DNA of 64,000 bases, taken from Octopus sinensis (lineage: Eukaryota). The notes under the pieces were generated by a model. The model saw only the letters and a list, made by a program, of their open reading frames with translations, searched no databases and was not told where the DNA came from. The stretch lies in the NCBI RefSeq assembly GCF_006345805.1, contig NC_043008.1:25854001-25918000 (forward strand). The letters run 5' to 3'. Positions 12,646-24,760 of this stretch are shown here, piece after piece. A program made the position numbers and the translations under genes. Numbering within the stretch: position 1 is the first letter of the stretch; every line of letters starts with the position of its first letter.

Positions 12646-13659
12646 GACAAGTGTAACATAATCATTACATTTACTCCTACACCTCCTTAGTTTAGAGCAT
12701 TAAGTACATATTTTGAGTGGAAAATCTATCACTCATACTAATTTATACCTTATATTCTTACTTACCAAAGTCTTCCTTATAAAGTTCAGGACATCTACCT
12801 GTGCATTATATTTTTCCTAGTAATTCACATTGTCATACATTGTTATAAATGGTCATTTTTTGCCAGTTAAACATATACACTATTTGATCTTCACTTTAGT
12901 TTTATTAGTATTATTTTTGTCATACTTTCATGAGTTAGTCACTCATTTTAGTGCAATATATTTCATTTCATTTCATTTCATTATAAATTCAATTCCTTTA
13001 GATCATTTTTATAAGATTTATCTTTCCACCCACTTTTATCGATATAATCTAGAACTTATAACTATTTAAAATGTAATATATGTTTAGTTTTACTAAAAAT
13101 AAATTTCTCTGCCTTAAAATAACACACTTCAAACATTATCTTTAGTATTGCTAGCAAAATTTAATTTAATTATCTTTTTATTTTACAGTCCTAATAAGAG
13201 ATTTGTTTCTGGACAGATTCTAATTATTCCCTTGGGTCATTTGAATTTTATCTACCAATGCACTTAAATAGTATGTTTTATTCTTTATTGTCTTTTTGTA
13301 TTTGTGTAGTTATTTATGTAAATTTCTTCATATCTTGTCATCATATTTACCTACATCATCTATACTGGTTCTTATATTTTGTTTTATTTCATTTACACTT
13401 TATTTAACTTTGAAACAGCTTTTAATATGTCTTTTTTCTTTCATTTACACTTCTAAGCTATCTTTTATCTCAATATTACTCACATAATTAAACCGTCACC
13501 TTTGACTATTTCTTTCTTTATTCAACTCACAGGATTTAATTTCCCATTATTTTTCTTATTACTTAGATAAATTTAATGGCTACTTCTGTGGTAATGCAAA
13601 AATGAGCATAACTCTTTTATTAACTGATTAAATTCTTCAAATAGCCAATACAAAGGCAC

Positions 13660-14560
13660 TATACAACAGTCTCCACCACGGGTGATGTGTTTGCACTAGC
13701 ATTTAACTAATCTCTTAAATCCTTTTTGAAAACTTCAGGCTCCCTTGTTGCACATACTTCTTCACAGCCAATTTCACTGCATCTGTGTCATTAAATCATT
13801 GTCCTCAAAGTGAGTCTTTCACTGGACCAAACAGGTGGAAGTCAGAGAGCACCAGATCAAGACAATATAGTGAATGGGAGAATCACTGACCAACCTCATT
13901 TTCTGATTGCCTGATTTTTTATCAAGAAGTGTGTTGTTCATATTTTCATGATGAATGTAGCTTGTTTTCAGACTCTTATTTGGTCTCTTCTAATGGTCCT
14001 CTTTGAGTGTCTTGATGTGCTGTTCACTTTACAGTCACACTCCAGAAAATAAAGGAAAATAATGCCCTAATGGATCTCAAATACACCCATCATGACTTTC
14101 TGTGCTGCTGGCTTTTGAACTTCTTAGACAGAAGTTCAAAAGAAAAAGAGATGTGACACCATCCCATGACCTGATACTTCAATTCCCAATCCTAAAGACA
14201 TGGTCACTGTTCAACTCCATTCCCCAGATTGCAAATGAACATGTCTTCATTGCCTTCGAATACTTCCAGCAGATGAAACCAACTTCCACACTTCTCTTCT
14301 TCACATTGGATGTCAACTGCTGAAGTATACATGTTCAGATACTCGAGGTCTTTCAAAATCTGCATTATGACCAAAGTTCATTTGTTCAACAAAATCACTG
14401 ATCATGATTCGTCTGTCTGCACAAATCAAACCTATCACTCATGATTTTTGTTAATGGTCAGTTGATGAGCTCCCATGATGTGGTTTGTCTTCAGTGCTGT
14501 TTTTTTTAAAACTTCATCCATCAATGTACTTGCTCTTTTCAATGGTGTCATCTCTGTAAA
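13660..14560 (-). mobile_element. Degenerate mariner transposase remnant
   Basis: DFHLFGPVKDSL*GQ*FNDTDAVKLAVKKYVQ matches the mariner C-terminus after YSPDLAPSD; upstream segments resemble the KKF..SAGKVM..VFWD region. Confidence 0.7.
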
Positions 14561-14569
14561 CAACCCATA

Positions 14570-14915
14570 GACTTCTATGGATACATTAGATAAAATAAAG
14601 TAAAATACCCCCTTCAGTCATGAATAACCATGGGATTGCACCTAGAAAGTTACCATCCAAGGCACAAGTCCAAGAAAAATGTTTATGGAAGACCAGCAGT
14701 CACCCAAGCATATCAGCCTCCATTCTCCACACCACCAATGTTATCTAAGGGAAAGGCAAAGGCACCAGTAACGTCACAACTCATTTCTACTGCTGAGTGA
14801 ACTGGAGCAACATGAAATATAGTGTCTTACTCAACATAACACACATCCTGGTCCGGAAATCAAACACAACCTCACAATTGTAAGCCTGACACTCTAACCA
14901 CTCAGCCATGTACCT
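14570..14915 (-). mobile_element. Third SINE-like repeat (family C) with a tRNA-like head on the minus strand
   Basis: Minus-strand head GGCTGAGTGGTTAGAGTGTCAGGCTTACAATTGTGAGGTTGTGTTTGATTTCCGGACC (A/B-box-like), followed by a body unlike families A and B. Confidence 0.55.
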
Positions 14916-15174
14916 TCATATATTATATATTTACACACACACACACACAGATAGATACATATCCCTCCCCCACACACAATAGGCCTTTCTCCATTTCTCT
15001 CTACCAAGGTAGACCTTAATCCCTTTCGGTATATTTTGCCCAAATAATATTTTAGGCTCTGGGAGAGAGGTGGGTTGTGAACCACAAAACTTTCCAGTAC
15101 CATTTTCTTTTGGGATCAAGCATGTAAAGTATCTTGTCTTTAACATTGCTAGCAGCTAGCCTTCAAGAGAAAAC

Positions 15175-15455
15175 ACCAACAGAATGTCTTTTGGTTCTTC
15201 CATACCCTTCTCTCTGAGTGTAAAAACTTGTATGGGTAAAATTGTCCTTAGCTTAGTTGATAAACTAGATAGACACTTACGTGTAGTATGAATTGTTTTG
15301 GTAAAATTTTTAATAGACACATCTTCAAAATATTTTTAGCAGTAAACCTAATGTAAAGAAAATATTAGCAGGTAGATCCACACCTGAGACAGAAGCTAGA
15401 TGCTCATGCAGAAACAGCACTCAAACACTGCAACACAGAGGCAGTTATTTATGAA
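15175..15455 (+). mobile_element. Penelope-like element remnant: RT-EN linker and start of the GIY-YIG region
   Basis: NVFWF..PFSLSVKTCMGKIVLSLVDK..KIFNRHIFKIFFSSKPNVKKILAG and CSCRNS..HCNTEAVIYE, collinear with the PLE at 56640-56930. Confidence 0.65.
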
Positions 15456-15459
15456 TAAC

Positions 15460-15760
15460 CTGCACTTTTTGTTATCATTAAATAAGGCATGCACTTCTCC
15501 ATGATTTTCCACATGATGTAATCCTTGATGCTTTCCTTAAATGACCATAAATGTTTAACTAGGGCTGACATAGCAGCTCTCCTGGATATTAAAGGAGGAC
15601 ATATGGTTGTTGGATCTGGTTTGGATAGGACCTTCAGTTATGCTCACATACTTCTGCACATTTAACTGCCCATTGGGATTTTTAGGTGTTACCTCTTCCT
15701 TGTATACAACTGTTTCTGTGTTGCAGTGTCTATTAAGGGGACATGTGGTATATGCATGAG
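15460..15760 (-). mobile_element. Penelope-like GIY-YIG endonuclease remnant
   Basis: TCPLNRHCNTETVVYKEEV..KYVSITEGPIQTRSNNHMSSFN, then after a frameshift ALVKHLWSFKESIKDYIMWKIMEKCMPY. Confidence 0.8.
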
Positions 15761-17836
15761 AAAGGTTAAATGTTATCTTATCTACAGGCCCAACTGTGAT
15801 TATAAACACTAACTTCTCAACCATTAGTCCTCCCATCATCATATGTAGAAACTGGACATGACACTTTCTCACCTCTAATATCAGAGAGCAGTCACTATAT
15901 TTTTCCATACCTCCCATTCCTTGTTATCTAATGCCCAGTGCAAAATTGGTTGGTAAGATCAGTATAATACTGTTTGCAGACAGCTATGTATGTATATAAG
16001 TGTATATGTATGCTAACTATAATTATTCAGTTGCTATGGATTGATTTCTGTATAATTAATAGTAACTGTGTATTTCCTTCCCCACCCCCTCTCTCTTCCT
16101 CCTGTCTATTACTCTGACTCTGTCTGTGAGACTTATTTCCTTATTAGGTACATTATACATTATAATTAAAATGCAATGGTAAAAGAAATTGAATATTCTG
16201 TTGGGAGTCAATTAGCTGTCTCTTCTTGATATGTGAAGCAAGACAATATTTCAATGGTTTAATGGATGTTAAAATTTTGGATATTCATATATCCCCAAAG
16301 ATCTTTCTATATCACTTATTCTGAAGAATATATTTGTCAATCAATTTGAAAAACATATTCACAATGACAATTTAATTAATCAGTCATAAGTTAAAAATTT
16401 AATTTGTTTAATTTTGACTACAGGTCAGTGACTCCCTTCTGTAATTAAATTTATACTTTAAGAGGGAGAAATTCATTCATTTGGATATTTTTACTTTACA
16501 CATTTAACTGGAAATATCCAAGTATGTGTATGCATGTATGAGTGTGTCATCACCATCATCAGTATTGTCACCTTGTTGTCATTTATTGTCACATTTCCAG
16601 ATGTGGTTGTCTCTAGAGCAGTGTCTTTCAATTTATTTTTATCCTTTGTTTTATCTCTGTAGCAATTATTTCCTATTATTATATTCATTACATGCTTATG
16701 AAACAAATTGAAATCTACAGAGTCTATCTCCAGACCAGCTGGTAAGGATGACATTTTACTCCATCGTTTTCTAAACAAATCAACTAGTGTACTATCTTAT
16801 TCATTCACTCAGACTTACTTGTATCAATAGATGTACCTACATTTTTACCTTTTGGACTAATCAAGCTAGTACACTTATTTCATCAATGAACATGCTTATG
16901 TCATAATTTATATTGCATTGGCAATTCAGATCAATGCCATAATAATGAGCTTCACTGTTAAAACTAGTTGACACTGAGGAACTTGCTGGTAAAAATCATC
17001 AGATATGTAACATAACCAAGAATGGCAGGACCCAGTCTGCATAGTCTAGTAATAAAGTTCCACATTAGAGTGTACTGTTCATTATCATGCAGGTACCTGT
17101 CACTAAAGAGTTTCTGACAGTTATCATGTCAGATATAGCCATGATGGCTAATAGACTTGCTATGAATTTATCAGTTCCATTTTTACCTGCAATCTTGATA
17201 CTGTTATGCAGAACAGTAACCATAACTCCTTTTAGCAGAGTTTCAGCTTCCCTATACGAGAAATACTGACCACCTTTTACAGGCATTTTCATAGCTAATA
17301 GCTTTTTATCAGTGGTGACAAATGCTTCTATCAGTTTATCACTGTTCAGATGCTCTATACACTGACACACACACACACAAACAAACACACACACATACAC
17401 ACACGCACACAAAACATATATACATACAGGAACAAAGGTGCATGAAGTGTATGCAATGCATGCACTTCATGTCTTGCTCCTTTTATAATAAATAATTTTT
17501 GTGTAATATAAAATTAATTATTGATAATTTTCACTATCCACATTGTACGCATGATGCTTGTTTGTATTTTCCATTCTTTTATTTCTTAGCATAAATTGTA
17601 AACAATCGATGTTATTTAACAAGTGTAAGTAGAGAAAAGTCTTGTTTGCTTAGCAAGAAAAGAAGGAAAAGCAGTTAATTTATTGTTTTGCTGATCGTTT
17701 TGTGAAGGGAATGCTAGAAAGAGAGACAATGCAAGTGAGTTACAGGAACATAAACACACCAAGACTGTTTGTCAAGTGGTGGTGGGAGACAAACACAGAC
17801 TCAAACACACTCACACACACACACACACACACACTA

Positions 17837-17988
17837 CTAGCTTCTTTCAGTTTCCGTCTACTGAATCCAAGACTTTGGTGGACCTGAGGCTATAGTAGAA
17901 GACACTTGCCCAAGGTGCCATACCATGGGAATGAACCCAGGACCATGTAGCTGGAGAGCAAGCTTCTTACTACATAGCCACTCCTGCT
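17837..17988 (-). mobile_element. SINE family A, 5' half
   Basis: Reverse complement of the family A head and body. Confidence 0.8.
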
Positions 17989-18429
17989 TTTTAAAAAAAA
18001 TTAACGTATGGAGAATATTCTCGATCCCTTCTTAAGAATCGAATTTAAGCCATGTGACTCCAGAGTTATCTTTTCAACTTGCTCACACTTAGAGTGAAAA
18101 GAAGCAACTAGCGAAGTCCATGTTTTCGTGATCAAAAAGTAAAGTTTTCATCAATGGCAGTATTTTAAAATTTAATTTTCAATATTTAAAAAAGGTTATG
18201 TAAAAAGGCAAACTAGCACTTAAATGTTTTGTGAGAATGAAACCTCAATTCATTTAAAAAGATTATAATCAAGAAACATTTTCCACACTTTCATTCACCC
18301 CCAAGATGGTTAAAGAGTCAATTAGCTCAGTTTCCTCTCTACTTTCCCAACCTTTGCAACAAGAAGCTTCACTGCTAAAAAGAATTACTATTTGGAGGAC
18401 ATAATGAAACAGAAAGATCAAACAGTAAG

Positions 18430-19000
18430 GGTCATTTTCTGGCTATAAGTGAAACAGTAATGGGATACAGTGATAGTTTAAGGTCATGTCTGGGTTTCAT
18501 TAAGAAAAATGCCAACTGAACATTTTCTGGACTTTCAAGTGATATTCAAAGCAAGACCATTTAACTGTATATCTGCTACAAGTTAAGGTGAAATTAAGGC
18601 AGTGATCAAAAAGACAGCTTTTGTTGCCGTTACATCTGATGAGACTACAAACCTTCAAATGAAATCTCAATTGTCACACATTTTGCAATTTGATAATAAA
18701 AAGGAAAAGCCTCAAGAAAGTTTTTGGGGAATATGTCAATGTCAGTAAAGATAGAAATGCTGCATCACTGTCAGAAGTTCAAACATTTGTTCACGAATTC
18801 ACCTGAGGCCAAAAGTTTGTTGCATGAGAATGATGGCTGGGCATTTGAACAGAATGCAAACAAGAATAAAGAAGATTTTTTGTGCACGCATCATATTTAT
18901 ATATTGTTATACACATTTACTTAATCTGGTACTCTCTCAATCAGCTTCAAGTATTTGTGAATCTTTTAGAGAGCCTCTGGAGCATTTGAGGAAATCACTT
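18430..19000 (+). mobile_element. Degenerate hAT transposase remnant
   Basis: AFVAVTSDETTNLQMKSQLS (cf. DETTDxSxxxQL) and IFIYCYTHLLNLVLSQ (cf. FIHCYAHxLNLV). Confidence 0.75.
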
Positions 19001-19959
19001 ACCCATTTTACTAAAGACTTGAGAGTGGTAACTTACCAACAGCACCCATTCTCTTAAGTTGTCTAGCTAGAAATGAAAAGCCTCACAGACCTCACACTGG
19101 CCTTCCAAATTTCAGTATTTTAATCACAAACTGAGGTGATGAGGTTACTGGATTATATTCCAAGTAATTTCACAACCTTCTTTGGAGTTGACCAAGTGTT
19201 TCAGTTCTTGAACTATTTGTTGGTCAGTTTGAATAGAAAACAAGAATGTCAGTGGTGTGACTGAGAAAAGGTTCAGATAGTCACCAACATGACAAGTCTT
19301 TAATATTGTCAATGAAAATTCATGGCTTGGCTACTTTCAAAAGAATGAATTTGACCTAAAACTAAGGTAATGTTCAGTTAGATGATGATCAGTTAGCCTT
19401 CATGTTAAGTCAGACAACATCTGGAAAAAAGTTAATTATAGTGTATTTTATAGTGATACGAGGAACAGTGGTTGTTTTATAGAACATACTGTCCTCACAT
19501 GTTCTATATTTTGATAATTTTCACTTTAGAAAGACAGAATACTAAAAGGAGCTGCACCTACAGAAGCTGTGCTCAGTGAAAGTGTAAGTAAGAGATTTCA
19601 CAGTTATGAATGAAAAAGAAAACTGAAAGAAAAGAGACAGATAAAACAAATTTCTACTACATTTTCTTCCTTCATATAACTACCTTTTGTAGCTTGTTTG
19701 CTGTATCAGATTAGCAGTACCTAGCTCCAAATACTGTGCTAAAAAATGAATCAAAATGTCATTTTTTAATAACTGATAAATAAACATTGTGTTTTTCTGA
19801 AATTCATAGTAAAAACAAGCTTAAATATGAGGATTATACTGAAAGTAATACCAAATTTTTATATTAAGTGACATAGGTCATTCAAGTTGCATATGTTAGT
19901 AGCATAACACATCTTCTATAGAAGTTCTACTTTCTGTTATTTGCTGCCATCAGATTGTG

Positions 19960-20880
19960 GGTTTCAAGTAGAAGCAATGTGCTATTATTGAATTCATGAC
20001 AAAGAACTGTTCAGGCTGTTCAACATTCACAGAAGGTTGAATAATCATTGTGAAGGACAACATGCACTGATAGATGAAGAAGTTTAAAATGGGGAATCTA
20101 GCATTGAAGATAAATCATACATTTGAAGACCATCAATTGCAATCTATGGCATAAATTACCAGTGAAAAGACAAATAGCTTCCCACAGACAGATAAGTTAT
20201 AAATGTGAACTCACTGCACAAGTGGATTGTGGGCACAATGCATTACAAAAGTTGCTAGACGGTTTTGAGTATCAGAAAGTGTGAGCGAAATGATACCTTA
20301 TTAGTAATTGACATCTGATTTGAAGGATAAGTTTGGAAGCTTGCTCTTATCTGTTGAAAGTGTTTGAAGCCAATGAAGGCACCTTATTTTATTTTCTGAT
20401 ACAGTGGTTGGTACAGATTACTGACTCTTGAGTTTTTTAGGGTGATGAGAAGGTCGTCATTCTCCGGAATGTGGCTGTACCACTAACAGCAAGCAGTATA
20501 TTAAGACACTCAAAAAGCTAATAGAAACCTTTAGGAAGAAGAGAACCAAACAAGTGGCTGAAGCTAATCTACATTCACAATGAAAATATGTGACCACATA
20601 CATCTTTGGCAACAAATCAGGCAATCAACAAATTGGGCTGGCCAGTGGCTCCCTATTCAATGTGTGGTTCAGTTCTGGCACACTCTGACCCCTTGTTTGG
20701 TTCAATGAAAAACAATATTTGGGGACAACGACCTGATGATAAACTTGATGAAAATAGATGTCAAAAGTAGATACACACTCCTGAATTTTTTCAAAGAGAA
20801 TTCAGGTGTTGGGTTCAATGATGCCAGAAATGCACCACCTCTGATGGAAACTAGATTGAGTTGTATCTGTGCATAGAGAA
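19960..20880 (+). mobile_element. Degenerate mariner transposase remnant
   Basis: N-terminal KQCAIIEF..IHRRL..KFK.GE.SIEDK and C-terminal PHTSLATNQAINKLGWPV..LAHSD..LFGSMKN..QKCTTSDGN. Confidence 0.7.
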
Positions 20881-22639
20881 AGCATTACTCTACAAACATT
20901 TGCAATTTGAATGTGCCATACCTGTTAATGAAAAAGATATGCCTAACTATTGCACTGACTGCTGTTCTTTTCTTTACAACCCATTTGATCAGTCATTTAT
21001 TCCTATATTCTAAATAAATTGTTTATTCTCATACTCCTCCTTTTTTCAAAAACAACTGTTGAAATCTTATTCCCTACACATCCAGTTATCATCAGAAAGA
21101 AAATAGCAAAATTATTTCATATGTGTATTTTTAAACCAGAGCTTATATGGTTACCGTGGTGTTTATTATATAGCCCATAGTTCACCAAGTATATAGCATC
21201 TTGAAGTGGGGTCATTTTGTTTACATAAAGTCCAAAGTGACTTGCTAAAATGACAATACTAAAAGAAAAGATAATTATTTTTCTTTGTAGTTATTGATAA
21301 GCGTTTTTGACTTTTTAAGTTTAGGTGTTTCTGAAATTCTGAAATCACTAATTAAACTGGTATTTTGGAGAGTGGACCAAATAAACGAAGTTAAAGATTA
21401 TCAATCAAGTAGGAGCAGACATAGAAATGATACATGCTATGTGCTTTACTTTAGTTCTAACACACAACATAGGGAACTAACATTGACCAATCACAGACTA
21501 ATTATGAGGTGTATTTGGTAAGAAGATTGAATCAGGTCAAAATATTACTTGTTTTATTTTTACCAATTCCTCAGATGAAAGTAAAAAGTCCAACCCAGTA
21601 AGAACTGAACTTAAAATGGCCATATAGTAAATAATAAATTGTGAAATATCTGGTATAGTTCAGTTGCCAGAGCAACTCAGCCATTATTACACTTCATGAT
21701 GAAATAATAATAGAATTAAAACCATATTCTATATCTTAGTGAAAAACTCTTTTGACAACCTGAAAGGAAAATTAAGTTGAGTAAGAGATAAAAGTCAGTG
21801 TGATTTGAAATATCTATTAATTAACTATTTGATCAGTAACATCTATCTTCATTTGATGAAGAGTTGTATTGGCTTGACCTTTACACAAGCAGAAAGCTTC
21901 TACTTTCTTATTACTCATACCCAGAAGCATATCTGAGAGAATTATAGTTACCATCAAGGTCAAGATAAGTAGCAGCTGTGAAAGAAAAGTAAAGCTGAAC
22001 CATTTGGCAGCTATATTAATATCAATTTCCGTTTGCCTTGTGTGTTCTGGAATGGTCTTTCATCTTTCAGAATGAAGTAGCTTTTCGGGCAACTGTGGGT
22101 TGGAAATCTCAAACTTTAGTTCATATAGAAAAGTATATATTTGAATATTGCATTTTGGACAATGTATATGAGTCAAGACATTTGGTTATTTTAATTATTA
22201 GAATAATTATAGTTATTTGATCTAATTAGTACAAGTGCAATTAATCCAGTATGATAATTACCTAAATTAAAAATCTCTCCTCACTATTGACATTTGTCAA
22301 TGATACAGTATTCTTGCAAGATTTTTAAAAAATTGTACTTTAAAAGATAATTTGCTGAGATAGTTATTATTTTGGTGTTATTTTGCAAGTAAAGATCAGT
22401 AAATTGTGTTAGATTGTGTTTTAATAAATAAGACATTAATTTGGCAATGAAAGATATTTTTCATAGTGAAATTTCAACTTGAAAATTAATCATTTTTTCT
22501 TTTTGAAGAACTATTAATAGTGATTATAACACTAGGATAAACTTGGAAAAAATATATCAATCACACACACACCATACACATTCATGCAAACACTCACAAA
22601 CAGACATATATATATATATACACTCATACATGAAGAAAT

Positions 22640-23200
22640 AATCTTTCTCATTCAAGTTATTATTGATGTCTGGTTGTAGTTTGACACTGCTTCACTTTAG
22701 AAATAGAAATTAATCTCTTGGGATAATGTTGATAACAGTGTTGATCACAAGTGTAAACATTCAAGCACAGCCTGTTGGGAATAATATAAGAAAGTAATTT
22801 GTTCTCTACAAAAGCACAAATTTATGGAGAATGTGAAGATGCCAACTAAATGGAAGGATGAATTCTAGACATGGTGAAACAGATAGATTACATGTGTTTT
22901 GTTTAATTGGTATTCTGAGCAGAATCCAGAAGAGAGCCATTATAGTGATTATGTTGGCACCATTCTCTGACAACCTCTAAACCACCAAACAGCTTTTGCA
23001 ACATCATTTCATTGCTTCTTACACTTATGTTGCCTCAACAGATTTTTCATTCTCCTTAATTACTAGCTCGACTTCCATTCATGTGTCTTATCATATTAGG
23101 ATACCTTTATATTTGACTTCTAAAAGTTTCTCTTATATAATATGCACAGTCCTTCTTCTGTTGAGCACCACCACTGTGGAATTCTAATGTTATTAATATT
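22640..23200 (-). mobile_element. Possible highly decayed R4/Dong-type LINE remnant
   Basis: KQ*NDVAKAVWW resembles RRHDNVAKxVHW; ACCAGACAT lies where RPDI would be expected. Confidence 0.3.
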
Positions 23201-24554
23201 AGTTTTCTAAAATAGTAACAAATTTAGTTCACCTATTTACCTAACTTAAGGAAATATTTATTAATTTACATACAAATTTAAGATTATTGACATTATGAGC
23301 AGAGATTCAAATGTAGATTATTAGTAATGTATATTTAAATCTTTGCATGAAATGATATTTATTTTTATATTAGCATATATCACTGACATATAAAAGTTGT
23401 AGCAGGATGAGATGATAAGGTGTTGGCATATTGACAAATAGTTTGAAAATATATATACAATCATTAAAAAAATCTAATCTATTGTAGAGGAAATATTTAT
23501 CCCCCATTTAAACATGGATGTTCTTATAGAATAAACTGTACTGCAGTAGATACCATGAGAGAAACTCTCATACGGGCTTTTGGTACAAAGTGAACACTTG
23601 TTTATGTCTCTAGTGGGGAAATAAATCCCCACCATCTCCAATGCTAAGGCCACCAGAACACATGATTTTGACTTCCCATGGTCTTGTCAATGGTGGACTT
23701 TTGATCACTAGTGATAGGTTCAATTGTAGGTTCAAAATTGATACATTGAAGAAGTGCTGCCTCCCCTTTAATGAAAGAATGTAATGTGTATATTTGATAA
23801 TATTACTGCTAGAAACAATTTGAATTGCTACCATGTGTATTTCTGAAATTTCACCAAAATGATTTTCTCTTGATATGCTTGATGAAGATAAACTTTGGGA
23901 AATAAAAGTAAATATTTTCCAAACTCAATAGCTTCTGGAGCTTTTCAAAATAGATTAAGAAATCAGAATGAATTCATAAGAATTCTTAAATAGAAATAAT
24001 ATCAACAACATCAATCTATTCAAAATTATAAATATTCTTTAATCCAAGTACAACTTGATCTCTAGAAAGGAATTAACTCCTGATTTAGAAACAGTGATAG
24101 TTATTAAGGAATCATTGTCATCTGTGCTTAAGCAGAGCAATTATATGAAAGCACCTAATCCAATACAGTTAATCCTTAAATCTATCACTCATGATCAGCA
24201 GATATGACTGGCCTATTGTTTGAGTGGCAATCAAGTTGTGAATATGCTACACTAAAATTTAGATCTAAAAATCTTTGTGGTGCTTATCTTAAAAGCCAGT
24301 AGGGAATTTGTTGTAAGCTGTTTGGTTATTATATCAAATTGGTGCATCAGTTATATAGAGGATTGTTTACTGACTCACTAATACATAGTTTCTATTAGCA
24401 CAAACAAATCAAGATATTACTCATTATTTGCATACATAGAAACTATTTAGCTCAAACCATTTATACAACAGAGTACTTGGATCTTAAGGCAAGTCCCCTT
24501 ACTACTTGAAAATTATAAGATTGTAAATGAAGGCTCATTCCTGAAATACTCAAT

Positions 24555-24760
24555 CATCATCATTATCATTTAACGTCTGTTTTCCATGTTGGCATGGGTT
24601 AGAGGGTTTGATTGGAACTGGTAAACTGGAGAGCTGCACCAGGTTTCAGTCTGACTTGGCATGGTTTCTATGGTTGGATGCCTTTCCTAAGACCAACCAC
24701 TCTGAGAGTGTAATGGGTGCTTTTTACATGCCCCCAGCATGGGTATCATTTGCATGACTG
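24555..24760 (-). mobile_element. 3' tail of an RTE-related LINE/SINE ending in (GAT)n
   Basis: CATCATCATTATCATTTAACGTCTGTTTCCATGTTGGCATGGG; related tails at ~27760-27990 and ~45920-45975. Confidence 0.55.

Noticed and set aside
18636-18670. CTGATGA..GAAAT as a hammerhead
   Set aside because: No stem II or stem I pairing; it encodes the hAT SDETT motif.
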